From an uncultured Candidatus Saccharibacteria bacterium (GTDB lineage Bacteria > Patescibacteriota > Minisyncoccia > Phycocordibacterales > UBA9973), in NCBI GenBank assembly GCA_964362545.1, contig CAYIEM010000001.1:17424-81423 (forward strand): a DNA stretch of 64,000 nt, in the 5' to 3' direction. The notes under the pieces are model-generated. The model did not search any database. It worked only from the letters and a program-made list of their open reading frames with translations, and was not told the origin of the DNA. Position 1 is the stretch's first letter, and each line of letters starts with the position of its first letter. This document shows positions 47,907-58,700 of the stretch, one piece after another. The position numbers and the translations under genes are program-made.

Positions 47907-48269
47907 CTAATTTTTATTTCTGTAAAAATAATAAAGCGCGAGTGGCGCTGCCCAGTTGGCGAAACGTTCTATGAAATCCCATACCGGCAAACCTACCAGC
48001 GGGCGAACGAGAGCAGTCCAAAAGCCCCAAAATGCCATCCATAATAAGAGAGGACGAATCGGTTTCCAAAGCACAAGAATCGCCAATAATATATCGACTG
48101 CTCCCACCACCGTCATGAATATCGTGGCCGTCCCAGTATCTAGTCCGGTCAATTGCTCAGTCCATTTTATCCAATCTGGCTTGCCTAATAAAGCAAAGAC
48201 ACCATGGCCCAAAAACTCACCCGCTACGCCTATCCTCAAAACCCACTCCAACTTTTTTTCATTTGTCAT
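47907..48269 (-). CDS. DoxX-family small membrane protein
   Basis: 120 aa, 3-4 TM helices, DoxX-like N-terminus (LRIGVAGEFLGHGVFALLGKP). Confidence 0.45.
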   Translation of the reverse strand: MTNEKKLEWVLRIGVAGEFLGHGVFALLGKPDWIKWTEQLTGLDTGTATIFMTVVGAVDILLAILVLWKPIRPLLLWMAFWGFWTALVRPLVGLPVWDFIERFANWAAPLALYYFYRNKN

Positions 48270-48329
48270 AAATAAAATTATAAAAATAATTATGCTTTTA
48301 ATAGTTACATAACTATTGTAGCATGGAAA

Positions 48330-49014
48330 TTAAATTAATTCTTTTGCATAACGACAATCAAACACCCCTCCGCGCTGGACTACCAGACTCCTTAACTTAT
48401 CTTTCTGCCTATAGGTCACACCTCCTGCTAGAAAGAAATTTTTAATGTTGAACATTTCAGATAATTTAACTACATTTTGCTCAAAATTATTAGATACCTC
48501 TCTCTCTCCACTCATCATCGTTTAATTCTGAAATCTGCCTGTTTAGTCTTTTTCTAATATTATTTCCTCCACATTCTTGCTCAAACCTTCCTAAGTGTTC
48601 AGAATGGTTGAGTTTCTCTATAACAAAACTGTCTTTCTTTTTTTGAAATTTTGTTCCTCCTATGCCCGTGCCCTAAGCCAAATAAATATATTTTCCATCT
48701 TGCAAATCGTTATATAGTTCACTAAAAGACGCCAGAACAACGTCATTGTCCAAAAAAACAGGGCAGCCATGTCTTTCCATGAGTATTTTGGTAAATTCAA
48801 TATTTATCCACTCTGGCAAATGATTTGAACTAATAAGCACACTTTTATTATCACTTACTGTTCCAGCAATCCCAACAGCAATTGCCTTAAAGACTTTTTC
48901 TTTGCAGTTTTTGTCAAAAATTTCAAAAATCTTTTTTAAATCATCATCCAAATGATGAGATAATGGAAATTTTTCAACAGCAAAAAAATTAGAAACATCG
49001 TTTCTATCTGAATT
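48330..49014 (-). pseudogene. ROK-family sugar kinase (glucokinase-like), interrupted by in-frame TAG and lacking N-terminal ATP-binding segment
   Basis: Fragments KAIAVGIAGTVSDNKSVLISSNHLPEW...GCPVFLDNDVVLASFSE...YIYLA-TAG(48673-48675)-GTGIGG...FFLAGGV are colinear with ROK glucokinase motifs in one frame. Upstream extension hits a stop at 49015-49017 before any DxGGT motif. Confidence 0.5.
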
Positions 49015-49156
49015 TTATCTTACATTAGATACGATTATATTTAAGTTCGAACTTACTATAAGGTAGGAAAAATAATCTTTATAAAAAAAGCTTCAAATTT
49101 TGCTTCACTGGCTAGAGAATGTTAGGACCTGTTTTATAAAAAGACATTAGGATTAC

Positions 49157-49897
49157 CTATTTAATGAAACACTTTTCTTTGCGCTCTTCAGGTGTAAGCC
49201 CTTCATAATATTTCCAAATTGTAGGAGCAAATTCTTGCAGAGCTTTCTTGCATTCTTCTAACATACTATAAGCATGTTGCTCATCCACCCACCCTTGGCC
49301 AAGCATGTGTCTAGTTATTTCACTAACCTCTTTTCCTCCTTTGACAAATCCTTCTGCAGCTCTGGCCATCAATTCAGCTGAGGTCTTCGATTCTTTTATT
49401 GCATCCTCAAGAATTTGGAGTCCTTTAATTAGTTGTTGTTGGTTGGTCTTTGTATCTTTTTCAAAATCAAGCTCAAGATATGCAATTAGCATTCTTGGAA
49501 GAGAAAATCCTGGGAGTTTATTTAATGGTGCTAACCTTTCTTTATAGTTCTTTGGTACTGATTGTTCTTCATATTTAACAGGAGATTCGCCTTCCTTCCT
49601 TTCAACAGTTTCAGAAAATTCTTTAAACATTGCGTCGTTTTTGGAAGCTTCAATCGCGCGACTGATAAAGCCGAACCAAAAATTTACTTCGGCATATCGT
49701 GGCGTCATTTTTTCTGCTCCACCACGTTTACTTGATGGACTAGTTAGCTCGTCGACTACTGGACAACCATTATACCAACCTAAACGTCTCGCTTGCTCTT
49801 GTATGGGCAGTTTGAAAAATTCTTTATAATGCTTATTTATGTGGCCTATAAACGAACCTGTTCCAAATTTTAATTCTTCTAGGATTGGTTCTTTCAT
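49157..49897 (-). CDS. Hypothetical 246-aa soluble protein
   Basis: Intact ORF, no recognised family. Confidence 0.35.
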   Translation of the reverse strand: MKEPILEELKFGTGSFIGHINKHYKEFFKLPIQEQARRLGWYNGCPVVDELTSPSSKRGGAEKMTPRYAEVNFWFGFISRAIEASKNDAMFKEFSETVERKEGESPVKYEEQSVPKNYKERLAPLNKLPGFSLPRMLIAYLELDFEKDTKTNQQQLIKGLQILEDAIKESKTSAELMARAAEGFVKGGKEVSEITRHMLGQGWVDEQHAYSMLEECKKALQEFAPTIWKYYEGLTPEERKEKCFIK

Positions 49898-50112
49898 ATT
49901 TTTATTCTAACACAAGTTCGAACCCGACGAGGGGTATTAAAAATAACTATTATAAAATATGGCTAAAAAATTTGGCTCCATATAATAAACAAATTCAGAA
50001 CCTTAAATTGGGCCAAGATTAAAAGCGAGCTTGATTTTAGCGGGATTTTTAATCTGTTTCCGCAATTATCTTAAATCATGAATTATCCTATTTTGCGTCT
50101 TTTATATTTAAA

Positions 50113-50646
50113 TCATTTCTCTAGCTCCGTATACATCTTTATCCCCTCCAAGATACCAGAAGTGAAATATTTGGTCAGATCTATTCCTTCCAAATCCAAC
50201 CATTGGTAATCGGTGTGCTCGTGGTTTATTTTCACATCGCCTGTCAAATACTCGGCTTCAAAAAATAAATACAGCACATGAATATCTTTTCCTGTACGAG
50301 TCAAAGACGATGGTATAAGATGTCTGCCTGTTGCCACTGGCGATTTTGATTGTATGCGAAACTCGATATCGCCTATCTCTTCAGATATTTCTCTGGAAAT
50401 AATTTCAGAAAAATCTGTTTCGAATTCATCTATGTCGATTCTTCCACCTGGCACATCATAGTAGCCAGCATAGCTTCCATTGTCAACGGCTTTTAACGCG
50501 AGGATGTCTCCTTTGTTATTCTTAAGTAATAATTTAAGCGATATTTGATAAAAATCTCTTTCTTTTTTCATGGATTCAGCGAACCATGGCAGACCCATTA
50601 GGATTAAGTACTTATAATCTAAATCATTATAGGTATATCCTATCAC
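50113..50646 (-). CDS. Divergent Nudix-like hydrolase
   Basis: PGGRIDIDEFETDFSEIISREISEEIG resembles a Nudix box with a 3-residue longer loop. Confidence 0.45.
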   Translation of the reverse strand: MIGYTYNDLDYKYLILMGLPWFAESMKKERDFYQISLKLLLKNNKGDILALKAVDNGSYAGYYDVPGGRIDIDEFETDFSEIISREISEEIGDIEFRIQSKSPVATGRHLIPSSLTRTGKDIHVLYLFFEAEYLTGDVKINHEHTDYQWLDLEGIDLTKYFTSGILEGIKMYTELEK

Positions 50647-51239
50647 TTTTCTCTAGATTTTGTTGAGGCGTGTGAGTTGCGGGCTATAAGTTTTAATATA
50701 AGCCATAATACGGCAGTAATAACACTTGGAATTATTAGCACTCGGTAAACAAAATCCCATATATTATTACAATCGTAGACCGTAACATTCTTATATCGTA
50801 CATCGTCCAGCAATTTTTGGTTCTTCCACTCGTTGAACATCGCTATTTGCTCTTCTTCGTTCAGCATATCTTTTTTTATTCTTAGTTCACCAACAGTAAT
50901 GTTATTGGAATAGCGATCGATAAATTCGGAAAGTTTCATAAGTCTCTTGCAATCATCTCCTGATATGTATTTATTGCCCTCATCCGATCGTCTAGTTTGC
51001 CATTCAAAAGTATCCAAGAAGACTGAACCGCATTTAGTTTCTGGAAATCTGCCTTTGAAAATTCCATGCAAGGAATCGTAACCTGGTTCCCAGCTGTATG
51101 CGCGACCGTAATGATATGCATAATCAACTGGACCGCCACCAATCCATCCGCCTCCTCGATCAAGAGAGTGTTTTACCAAACCCCAGAGCGCAACCATCAA
51201 AAAGACAATTATTAAAATAATTACCTTAGCCTTGTTCAT
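50643..51239 (-). CDS. Hypothetical bitopic membrane protein (N- and C-terminal TM)
   Basis: 198 aa. Overlaps the downstream gene by 4 nt (operon). Confidence 0.35.
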   Translation of the reverse strand: MNKAKVIILIIVFLMVALWGLVKHSLDRGGGWIGGGPVDYAYHYGRAYSWEPGYDSLHGIFKGRFPETKCGSVFLDTFEWQTRRSDEGNKYISGDDCKRLMKLSEFIDRYSNNITVGELRIKKDMLNEEEQIAMFNEWKNQKLLDDVRYKNVTVYDCNNIWDFVYRVLIIPSVITAVLWLILKLIARNSHASTKSREK

Positions 51240-51251
51240 AGTGATATTATA

Positions 51252-52085
51252 CTACGGTTTTAATGCTTTACATTCATTGTTATCTGTTGTCCAAGACTTA
51301 TACACTGGATGAAAAGAACTACACTCAACTTGCGACGCACAATAACTTGAAATTTCTGTCGTTGAAATTTCACTACAAAGAGACTCATCGTGACGTTTTA
51401 TTGCTTGATTTAAAAAACAGATGTCTTCTGTTGTAGAGTATATTCCTCTCTTACACCACTCAGTAGAGGCTTGTTTACTACCCAATCTCTCATAGCTTGA
51501 AATTTCTCTTTCATGATCTTGAAGTTTTTCACTAGCATACCAAACCCCAATGTATGAAATAAAAACAAAAAGAATGGCCATACATAGCGACCAACGTATT
51601 TTAACTCGTTTAAATCCATCTTTAATGAGTACTGGCCAACTCATGGCAAATATAAATACAGGAAGGCTGAAGATAGCAACAAGTACTCCCTGCTCTCCAA
51701 AATCCGAGCAACTCATCATTAAACAAAATTTTGTATTATATCCAATAATAATAATCACCCCCAATATTGGAATCAAAAAAAAGAACACCTTCCAAAAAAT
51801 ACGTCTGCGATCTTTATCATTATAAAAAGACAGAACCGATGCGAGTAAACTTGCTGTAAATGTAATAATGGATGCGTTTTCTAACCAATGTGCGTAAACA
51901 GAATAATCTTGATACGAGATACCTCCGCTAGGAGTAATATATAATTCTTGAAAGAATCCTTTGCCTTCCGTATACATAAAAACGCATATCATGGAAATAC
52001 AAAAAAAGAATATAGAAATTAAAAACCATTGTCTAGGAGATAAAAGGTTACACCAAGCTGATATTTTTGTTTTCCACGATTTCAT
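51252..52085 (-). CDS. Hypothetical polytopic membrane protein with Cys-rich C-terminal tail
   Basis: 277 aa, about 6 TM helices. C-terminal about 90 aa has 10 Cys. Confidence 0.35.
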   Translation of the reverse strand: MKSWKTKISAWCNLLSPRQWFLISIFFFCISMICVFMYTEGKGFFQELYITPSGGISYQDYSVYAHWLENASIITFTASLLASVLSFYNDKDRRRIFWKVFFFLIPILGVIIIIGYNTKFCLMMSCSDFGEQGVLVAIFSLPVFIFAMSWPVLIKDGFKRVKIRWSLCMAILFVFISYIGVWYASEKLQDHEREISSYERLGSKQASTEWCKRGIYSTTEDICFLNQAIKRHDESLCSEISTTEISSYCASQVECSSFHPVYKSWTTDNNECKALKP

Positions 52086-52088
52086 AAA

Positions 52089-53123
52089 TTAGTCGCTCCA
52101 ATCTATACCACCTTCTCTCATTTTTTGCTTAATAAACTTATCGTGCTTTTCTGACTTTTCATCGTCGTTTTTACCTTGAAAGTTAGTGGTTTCCGCTTCT
52201 AGAAATATAGGATAGCGTTTAATGTACTCACTAGGATTATTAAAGTAATCAAGGGCTGTTTTAATCCAATCTGATGGTGTTAAAAAAACTGTGATTAAGT
52301 AATCTACGGCACCGAGTTGTATTCCCTTAGTAATGTTCTCCCTTAGACTCATATTGCTTACAAAAATGACTGGTATGTCTTTAGTTCTCTCATCTGCCTT
52401 TAACAATTCAATAGCTTCATATCCGAATCTGCCTGGCATGACAATATCTAGGAAAATTAGATCTGGCTTGATATTAAAAACTTTCTCCACAAAATCACCA
52501 TTGGCATTTTCTAGCGCATCAACCAAAAAACCAACCTGCCCAAATTTGGTTTTATACATATCTCGTAAAACCTCATCGTCGTCAACAAGAAGAATCTTAC
52601 CTTTTGTTTTCATGTTGTTTTTAGTTTTTAGTTTTTCTCTTAATTCATCTATTTTTTCTGGTCTAATAAAATTAAGACTATTATTACCCTGAGCGATCAT
52701 TAACATATCGGGTTCAAGGTATGTTTTATGAATTTCTCCTTTCTTAAATTTTTTATATAAAGCAATCTGTTCAAGAATATTTTGAAAATTTTCAGGGTAA
52801 ATCACGCTTTCCTCAGGGTTATAATCATCAGAATAAATCGAGTTGGGGTCCTCGACTAGTTCAAGGTCACTAACTCCTAAATTTTCTTTAAAAGCATCTA
52901 TCTTTTTGAATTCCTCATTTTTTATAAGTTCTTCTTGATTTTCTTTTATTAACTTAAATGGGTAACTTATAATCTTGAAAGGCAGTAAAAATAACTTCCG
53001 AATCAGCTCTAAAAAACCAGAAAGAAGTTCTCTGCCTTTTTCTGTAGAGTAAAGTATAGCTAGTAGTATTAAGAAAAGTAGGAGTGTCATTTTTTTATAT
53101 CCCGTGCACCAATACCTCCACAT
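52089..53123 (-). CDS. Membrane-anchored protein with C-terminal CheY-like receiver (REC) domain
   Basis: N-terminal TM. ILLVDDDEVLRD...DLIFLDIVMPGRFGYEAIELLK...IPVIFVSN REC motifs. No output domain. Confidence 0.6.
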   Translation of the reverse strand: MWRYWCTGYKKMTLLLFLILLAILYSTEKGRELLSGFLELIRKLFLLPFKIISYPFKLIKENQEELIKNEEFKKIDAFKENLGVSDLELVEDPNSIYSDDYNPEESVIYPENFQNILEQIALYKKFKKGEIHKTYLEPDMLMIAQGNNSLNFIRPEKIDELREKLKTKNNMKTKGKILLVDDDEVLRDMYKTKFGQVGFLVDALENANGDFVEKVFNIKPDLIFLDIVMPGRFGYEAIELLKADERTKDIPVIFVSNMSLRENITKGIQLGAVDYLITVFLTPSDWIKTALDYFNNPSEYIKRYPIFLEAETTNFQGKNDDEKSEKHDKFIKQKMREGGIDWSD

Positions 53124-53389
53124 ATACCACCGACTAAACCAAGAATAGACATAAGCAAACCTGTTGCAAAAGGATTACCGAATAATTTCGTCAGACCTTC
53201 TGGAACAGTATGAAAAAGTTTAGCAATCAGTTGGAAAGAAGTTAAAATGGCTAGTCCCCAAAAAGCGCTCCAACCCAAATATTCAAAATCACTAATTTTT
53301 GATTGAGATTTGCTGGAGTGTCTATACATCCAAACCGCTACAAACCCAGATAAAATTATTGCGAAATAAGAATATGCTTCAAAATTCAT
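53087..53389 (-). CDS. Hypothetical 100-aa 3-TM membrane protein
   Basis: ORF overlapping the start of the REC gene by 37 nt. Hydrophobic. Confidence 0.3.
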   Translation of the reverse strand: MNFEAYSYFAIILSGFVAVWMYRHSSKSQSKISDFEYLGWSAFWGLAILTSFQLIAKLFHTVPEGLTKLFGNPFATGLLMSILGLVGGICGGIGARDIKK

Positions 53390-53609
53390 ATCTTGATGAT
53401 ACTACTTAAATGCAATTTATTCAATTAAAAAAAATATAGAAAAATAAAACATATATCAAACAAACTATTTTAGATAACAATCACGCTCACGCTCATAGTA
53501 ATGAGTTTGCGCGTAACATATAAACATATTAAGCTAACACGTAATTTATTTTTATTTCAAAAAACGAGTTAGATATTTTATTTAAAAATTTCTTGTATTT
53601 TTGTAAGAC

Positions 53610-53643
53610 AAATGAAGGACCCGAGCTCGGACCCTTCATTTGA
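53610..53643. other. Strong GC-rich hairpin in ORF-free AT-rich region (AAATGAAGG-ac-CCGAG/CTCGG-ac-CCTTCATTT)
   Basis: 9-bp + 5-bp stems with a symmetric 2x2 internal loop. Possible terminator or 3' end of an unannotated RNA. Confidence 0.4.
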
Positions 53644-54525
53644 CATCTATTTTCCTTTCTTATTTTCAGCTTCAGCTTAATGCTCAAGCTATAAATAATT
53701 ATAAGACCCCTAGATTTATAACCAAAGCTATAAATAATAGTAGGCGTTTTAAATAAATTCAAACGAAAAATCTCTGCGTCTGGTTAGCGGATAAGCGTTA
53801 CTGGTTTTCTTTTTCTAGCAGGTAGTTCTACAATCTAGAGATTACTCATCTGTGATTATTCTTTGCAATCACGATGATTTTAGTGCAGTCTAGAAAGGCA
53901 GAAATGAAACTCAGCAAAAACAATAAGATACTCAAATGGTTACCGCTGGAATGGTTACATAATTATGCGTTCCGAGCGTACGGGCAGGTTTTTAGGCCTA
54001 GATTTGGTGGACTGGACAATAGATATTATTCTAAAGCCATTTGTCGAAGTGTGTATTTTTGCAAGCAACCTTTGTAACGGAAATCCCTATTCATTACAAG
54101 ACACCTCCAACTCTTTATATTTTAGACCATGCTCCTTCACTAAATCGTCCAACATGGTCCCTCAACTTGCTTATTCGAACTCCTCTATGTAGCCATTATT
54201 TGCTGTTGAGAGCAGTGATACTGGCATTGTATGAGCCTTCGTATTTCGGCATCAATGGATTCATTACAGATAATCTTCCCAATAGGTGAAGATGGTCGAT
54301 CCATGATATAGCTTAACGAGCGGTTCATTTATAAAACAAAAAATCTCTTCAGGGCGTATCTAGGATAATAGATACATCGTGAAAAGATTCTTTTACAATA
54401 TATCTTTATTCTATAAGCCCTGGTTAGCCGTAACTATTGACTAACAGATACATTATAGCATAATTTCAAGCAGAAAACAAGGAGTTTTACTACACTTTTA
54501 TTACTTAGTTTGTACAACTTTTTGC

Positions 54526-55029
54526 CTATTTAATATAGCCAATTTGGTAGAGAAAATCGGAGGTCTCATCAATTATATCCCTTACGAGAGAAGAGCAGTA
54601 GAAGGTCTTTTTGTAAACGGGTTTTATTTTATTGTAAGCTTTTTTATCAAAAGTTAAGATAAGTGCGTCAAGATCTATCCCAATACAGATAATTAAAAAA
54701 TCAGCTGTGCGTAAGCTCGTGGCAGAACTTCCAGGTTTTAGAATTTTCTTGGCGTGTTTAAAAGCTGATGTTTCTGCAATAGAAAGTATGACAATCTTCT
54801 CTTTGTGTAGAAGTCTCATAATAGCTCCTTCAACTTTTTTATAACTAATACCTTTTCGAATAAGAGTCGCTATTACTTCATATATTGCTATTGGTGGAAT
54901 AATAATTCTTACGTCAATAGATTTTTTTAAAAGTATTCCAAATATATTAACCGCATCCCGATGAAATGCATCGGATGAATCTATAGTGGCAATAATGAAA
55001 CAACTATCTATGACGACGTTTTGTTTCAT
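54526..55029 (-). CDS. PIN-domain (VapC-like) toxin
   Basis: Conserved acidic positions VIDSCF (D), YEV (E), RTADFLI (D), LTFDKK (D) in PIN spacing. 167 aa. Confidence 0.6.
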   Translation of the reverse strand: MKQNVVIDSCFIIATIDSSDAFHRDAVNIFGILLKKSIDVRIIIPPIAIYEVIATLIRKGISYKKVEGAIMRLLHKEKIVILSIAETSAFKHAKKILKPGSSATSLRTADFLIICIGIDLDALILTFDKKAYNKIKPVYKKTFYCSSLVRDIIDETSDFLYQIGYIK

Positions 55030-55207
55030 TTTTATGAGAAGATTTAATTATTATACCTTTTAGTTCTTTTGAAGCATCTCCATATCCCGCCTTAGGTATT
55101 CTTTCTATGGTAACCGTACTGGGTCGTCTGCGAGCTTCTCGAATTGGAATAAATTCTCCTGTCCTAGAGTCTCTTCCAAGTGGAAATGTTTTACTACTCT
55201 TACTCAT
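55004..55207 (-). CDS. Putative antitoxin-like small basic protein upstream of and overlapping the PIN gene
   Basis: 67 aa MSKSSKTFPLGRDSRTGEFIPIREARRRPSTVTIERIPKAGYGD.... Overlaps the PIN start by 26 nt (TA-operon arrangement). Confidence 0.4.
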   Translation of the reverse strand: MSKSSKTFPLGRDSRTGEFIPIREARRRPSTVTIERIPKAGYGDASKELKGIIIKSSHKNETKRRHR

Positions 55208-55291
55208 AAATTTATGATAACATTATTTCTTACAAATAAAAAAGCTCTCCCCAAAAAGAGCCATTTTATCTCGTTCTAGTTTTACTTAGAA

Positions 55292-55438
55292 CTACTTACG
55301 CTTAGTGTCTCCATGTCCTGATTTTGGAACCCTCTCTACCGTTGTAGAGTTGGGGCGCTGTCTAGCTTCTCGGACAGGTATGAACTCACCTGTCCTAGAG
55401 TCTCTTCCAAGTGGAAATGTTTTTGAGTTTTTACTCAT
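55292..55438 (-). CDS. Paralogous copy of the small PIN-associated gene (48 aa)
   Basis: Hand-translated: MSKNSKTFPLGRDSRTGEFIPVREARQRPNSTTVERVPKSGHGDTKRK*. About 70% identical to the first 45 aa of 55004-55207. Not in track (under 60 aa). Confidence 0.35.
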   Translation of the reverse strand: MSKNSKTFPLGRDSRTGEFIPVREARQRPNSTTVERVPKSGHGDTKRK

Positions 55439-55774
55439 AAATATTTAGTTGCTTGAGTTTAAAGTTGATAAGCAGGTGTCAGCTATGGTATACTAAAAGT
55501 CTATTAGGTTCTTAGCATATTGATAATTAGCTTCTCGAATTGACCGACACAGAGTAAATAATTTTGATTTTATATAAGGGGGAATCTCCTAATCCGATTT
55601 AAACACCTGAATACTGTTTTTTGTCTTCCTGATAGGTCTGTATTTCTTTACCAAACAAACAGATATTTTTATAATATCACAAACTTACCACCATGTCCCT
55701 GTGAATAACTTTTTTATTCTTTAATCTGAAAAATCAGACACGACCTCGACTTTTCCTACAGTTAATCTTTATAT

Positions 55775-58700
55775 CTAAACCGTTGGCTTTATCATCTTTT
55801 CAATAAATTTAATTTCATCTTTCGTTAATTTATACTTTTTATATAATTGCTTATCAATTTCTCCTATTGATTGTTTCCAGTCTATATCTGATTTTGAAGT
55901 AAAATCTTGAAGCGGAACAAATTGGTATACATTTTGAAGAACATTCTGAGAAGTTTTTAAAATGCCCACCATGTATCTAAAAAATTTTGTTTTTATGTAA
56001 GATGCAAGAGCGAGGGCTTCAAGTTGTGTATTAAACTGACCAATTGGAATCAATGAATCTGTGCACACAGATTTTGGTCCAGCTAAATATGGTTTACCCA
56101 AGATTGAGACTTCTTTTTTGTCTGTTAATAACCCAGCACCTCCATTACCTTTAGAAATGAAAATTTTCCATTTATCAGCTAAATTAGTGTTTTTAGTAAT
56201 GTATTTTTTTTCGACGTATCTAATTTCTTCATACTTACATCTTAATTTATAGTATTTATCCTTCTTTTTGTTTGTCGATATTTTTTTTGTGTCTTTACCT
56301 AATATACCAAATGCATTTCTACCTTTTGTAATATTTGTTATAGACTTAAAATCATTACTTTTTACTTTGCTTATTATATTGTGACTAAAACTACTACTTA
56401 GAATTATATCAAGACCTTCTTCAAATAAAGGGCGTTTTTTAGTAATAAAATTTTGCTCATCATAAAACTCAGTGAATTCAACATCTCCTCGATATTCTGG
56501 ATTATACAAAAAGTAATTAACACCACCACTGATCTCTACATCTGGAAAAACTTTACTCGAGATTGGAATATTAACAATACTTTGTAAATGATTATTTTCT
56601 TTAAAAAACTCTCTCAGCCTTAAAAACGATTTGTCTTGCGCATCACCAGTAAACCATCGCGACGGAGTAACCAACGATAAATATCTTGGATTAAGGCCAA
56701 TTGACATTTTAATGAAATCTGGAAAAATCTGTCTACTTAAAGATTTATTCTTTGAATTATTACTAATTGTCTGCTGGTATGGTGGGTTTCCCACAATTAC
56801 ATCAAATTTCATATAGTTATTGTTTATTATAACACTTTCATTCTTGATTAGTTCATCTTCTTCAATCAACTCATAAGACGTAATATTTTTTTCGATGTGT
56901 TCGATATTTAATTCTAGCAGAGCATATACTTTTCTTGTAAATTCATAGGCTATCTTAGATGTGGGGATAGAATAAAAATTATTTGCTACATCTTTACCAA
57001 ATTTCTTATATACAGCGTAGATAAATTCACCTCGTTTTGAAGCGATATCAAGTAGTTTTGTAGATTTACTAATTGCTTTTTCTGGTAATGTGCTAATGAT
57101 TTTATCTGCCATAAATTCAGGAGTTACAATTTCAGAATCAGACAAACGACTAAATTTTTTCAGAGCATTACTTGCTCTTTCTACTGGTCTAATGGTTGAA
57201 TCGTTTGCTAATGAATTTATATTGTGAATTTTGTAATCCAACTCACTGAGCACAAATGGATTGATATGTTTTTGAAACAAAGTAAGTATATTTTTACTAA
57301 TTCCTATATTTGAAACAATACGCACATTCTTTTCATCACTTTCAATTGCATGGATTACATCTTGGAGTGATTTGATTCTTGAATCAGTAAGGAGCGCAAA
57401 AAATAATATTTTAGCGTAGTACATCGCAAACTTTTTCTTATAATCTTCTTCTAAACCGTTTTCATCTGCGTCAGATTTTTTATCCAGCTCATTTGTTTGC
57501 GTGTTTTCTTTTACAACTTCTCCGAGGTCAATATCATCGCCTTCACCTTCAGCAGATTTGACTTCTAATCCCTGCCTTGATCCTATCTCATTTTGTCTTT
57601 CAATTTCAGCTTTAATTTCATCTATATTTAATAGAGAAAGATCCACCCCAATTGAGGTTGCCTCATCAATCACACTTCTATTACTTGAGTACTGTCTTAC
57701 TGCATCAATAATATTTGCTGGTTGGATTTCTACGATTTTATTTTTGTTTAAAACAATAATCGGAGATATGGCGAGTTCTCTTCTGATTCTTTCTTCCAAC
57801 TTAGAATTGCCATTCGATTCTATGTTTACATTATAAATTTGAGACTTATGCTCCTGCATTTCAAACATTCTGTTTGGATTAAAATCCACAAGGAGCGTTT
57901 GAGGCTTCATATTATATTTCACCGTGTCACCACCTTGTTCTTTATAAACTCGTACATACTGATTCTGCAGACGGAATATTGCTTGATCATATTCCTGAGG
58001 TGATGATGTATCTTTGAAATACAACATTGTATCCCATTCTGGCACCGTGCTCCCTGTGAGCATTCTGTTCACCGTTAACGTGATTGTTTTTATATCTTTA
58101 TTTTCACACTCTTTAATCTTTAATTGTACCGATTTGATATCTTTATAATTCTTATCACCATTAACACCTGAAATATTTATAATTTTATATTTACCAAGAT
58201 TTTTGAATGTATTCTTTTTAATTAATTCTTCTAACGCGTCACACGATGCTCTGAAAGGCAATACGCAGATAATATGACGACACATGTTACCTTTTTTTAA
58301 TTTATCGTAGTCAAGAAAACTTAATATATTTTCATCTTCTTTTGATCCGTCTATTACCTTTAATAACTCAATTATTTCTTTTTCGTGTTCAAATTTTTTA
58401 TGTAAATTATTTTTTGTATCTTTAGTTATTGATATAGGTTTAAATAATACAGAAAATGTGTAGGTAATACCATTTCTTTTAAATTCCTCCATTTTTTTAC
58501 GTGAGGACTCATTTGGATTAAATGCGAATCGAACCATCTGCGGAAACCCATAATATGGATTATCCCATTCTTTTACTTCGTCTTTATGTAGATTGTCTCT
58601 ATCCCATCTCTCTTGATCTTCTGCAATATTCGAAAACTGATAGAAAGCAATAATGTCTTCATCTGTAAATTCACTATTCATCAAAATCCGATATGGTGTT

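Noticed and set aside
53870-54300. tRNA/tmRNA in the ORF-free region (a GGAGTTCGAA-like T-loop on the minus strand near 54165-54175)
   Set aside because: Could not fold a cloverleaf: no paired acceptor stem or D-arm around the T-loop-like sequence. Left only as a candidate-ncRNA region.
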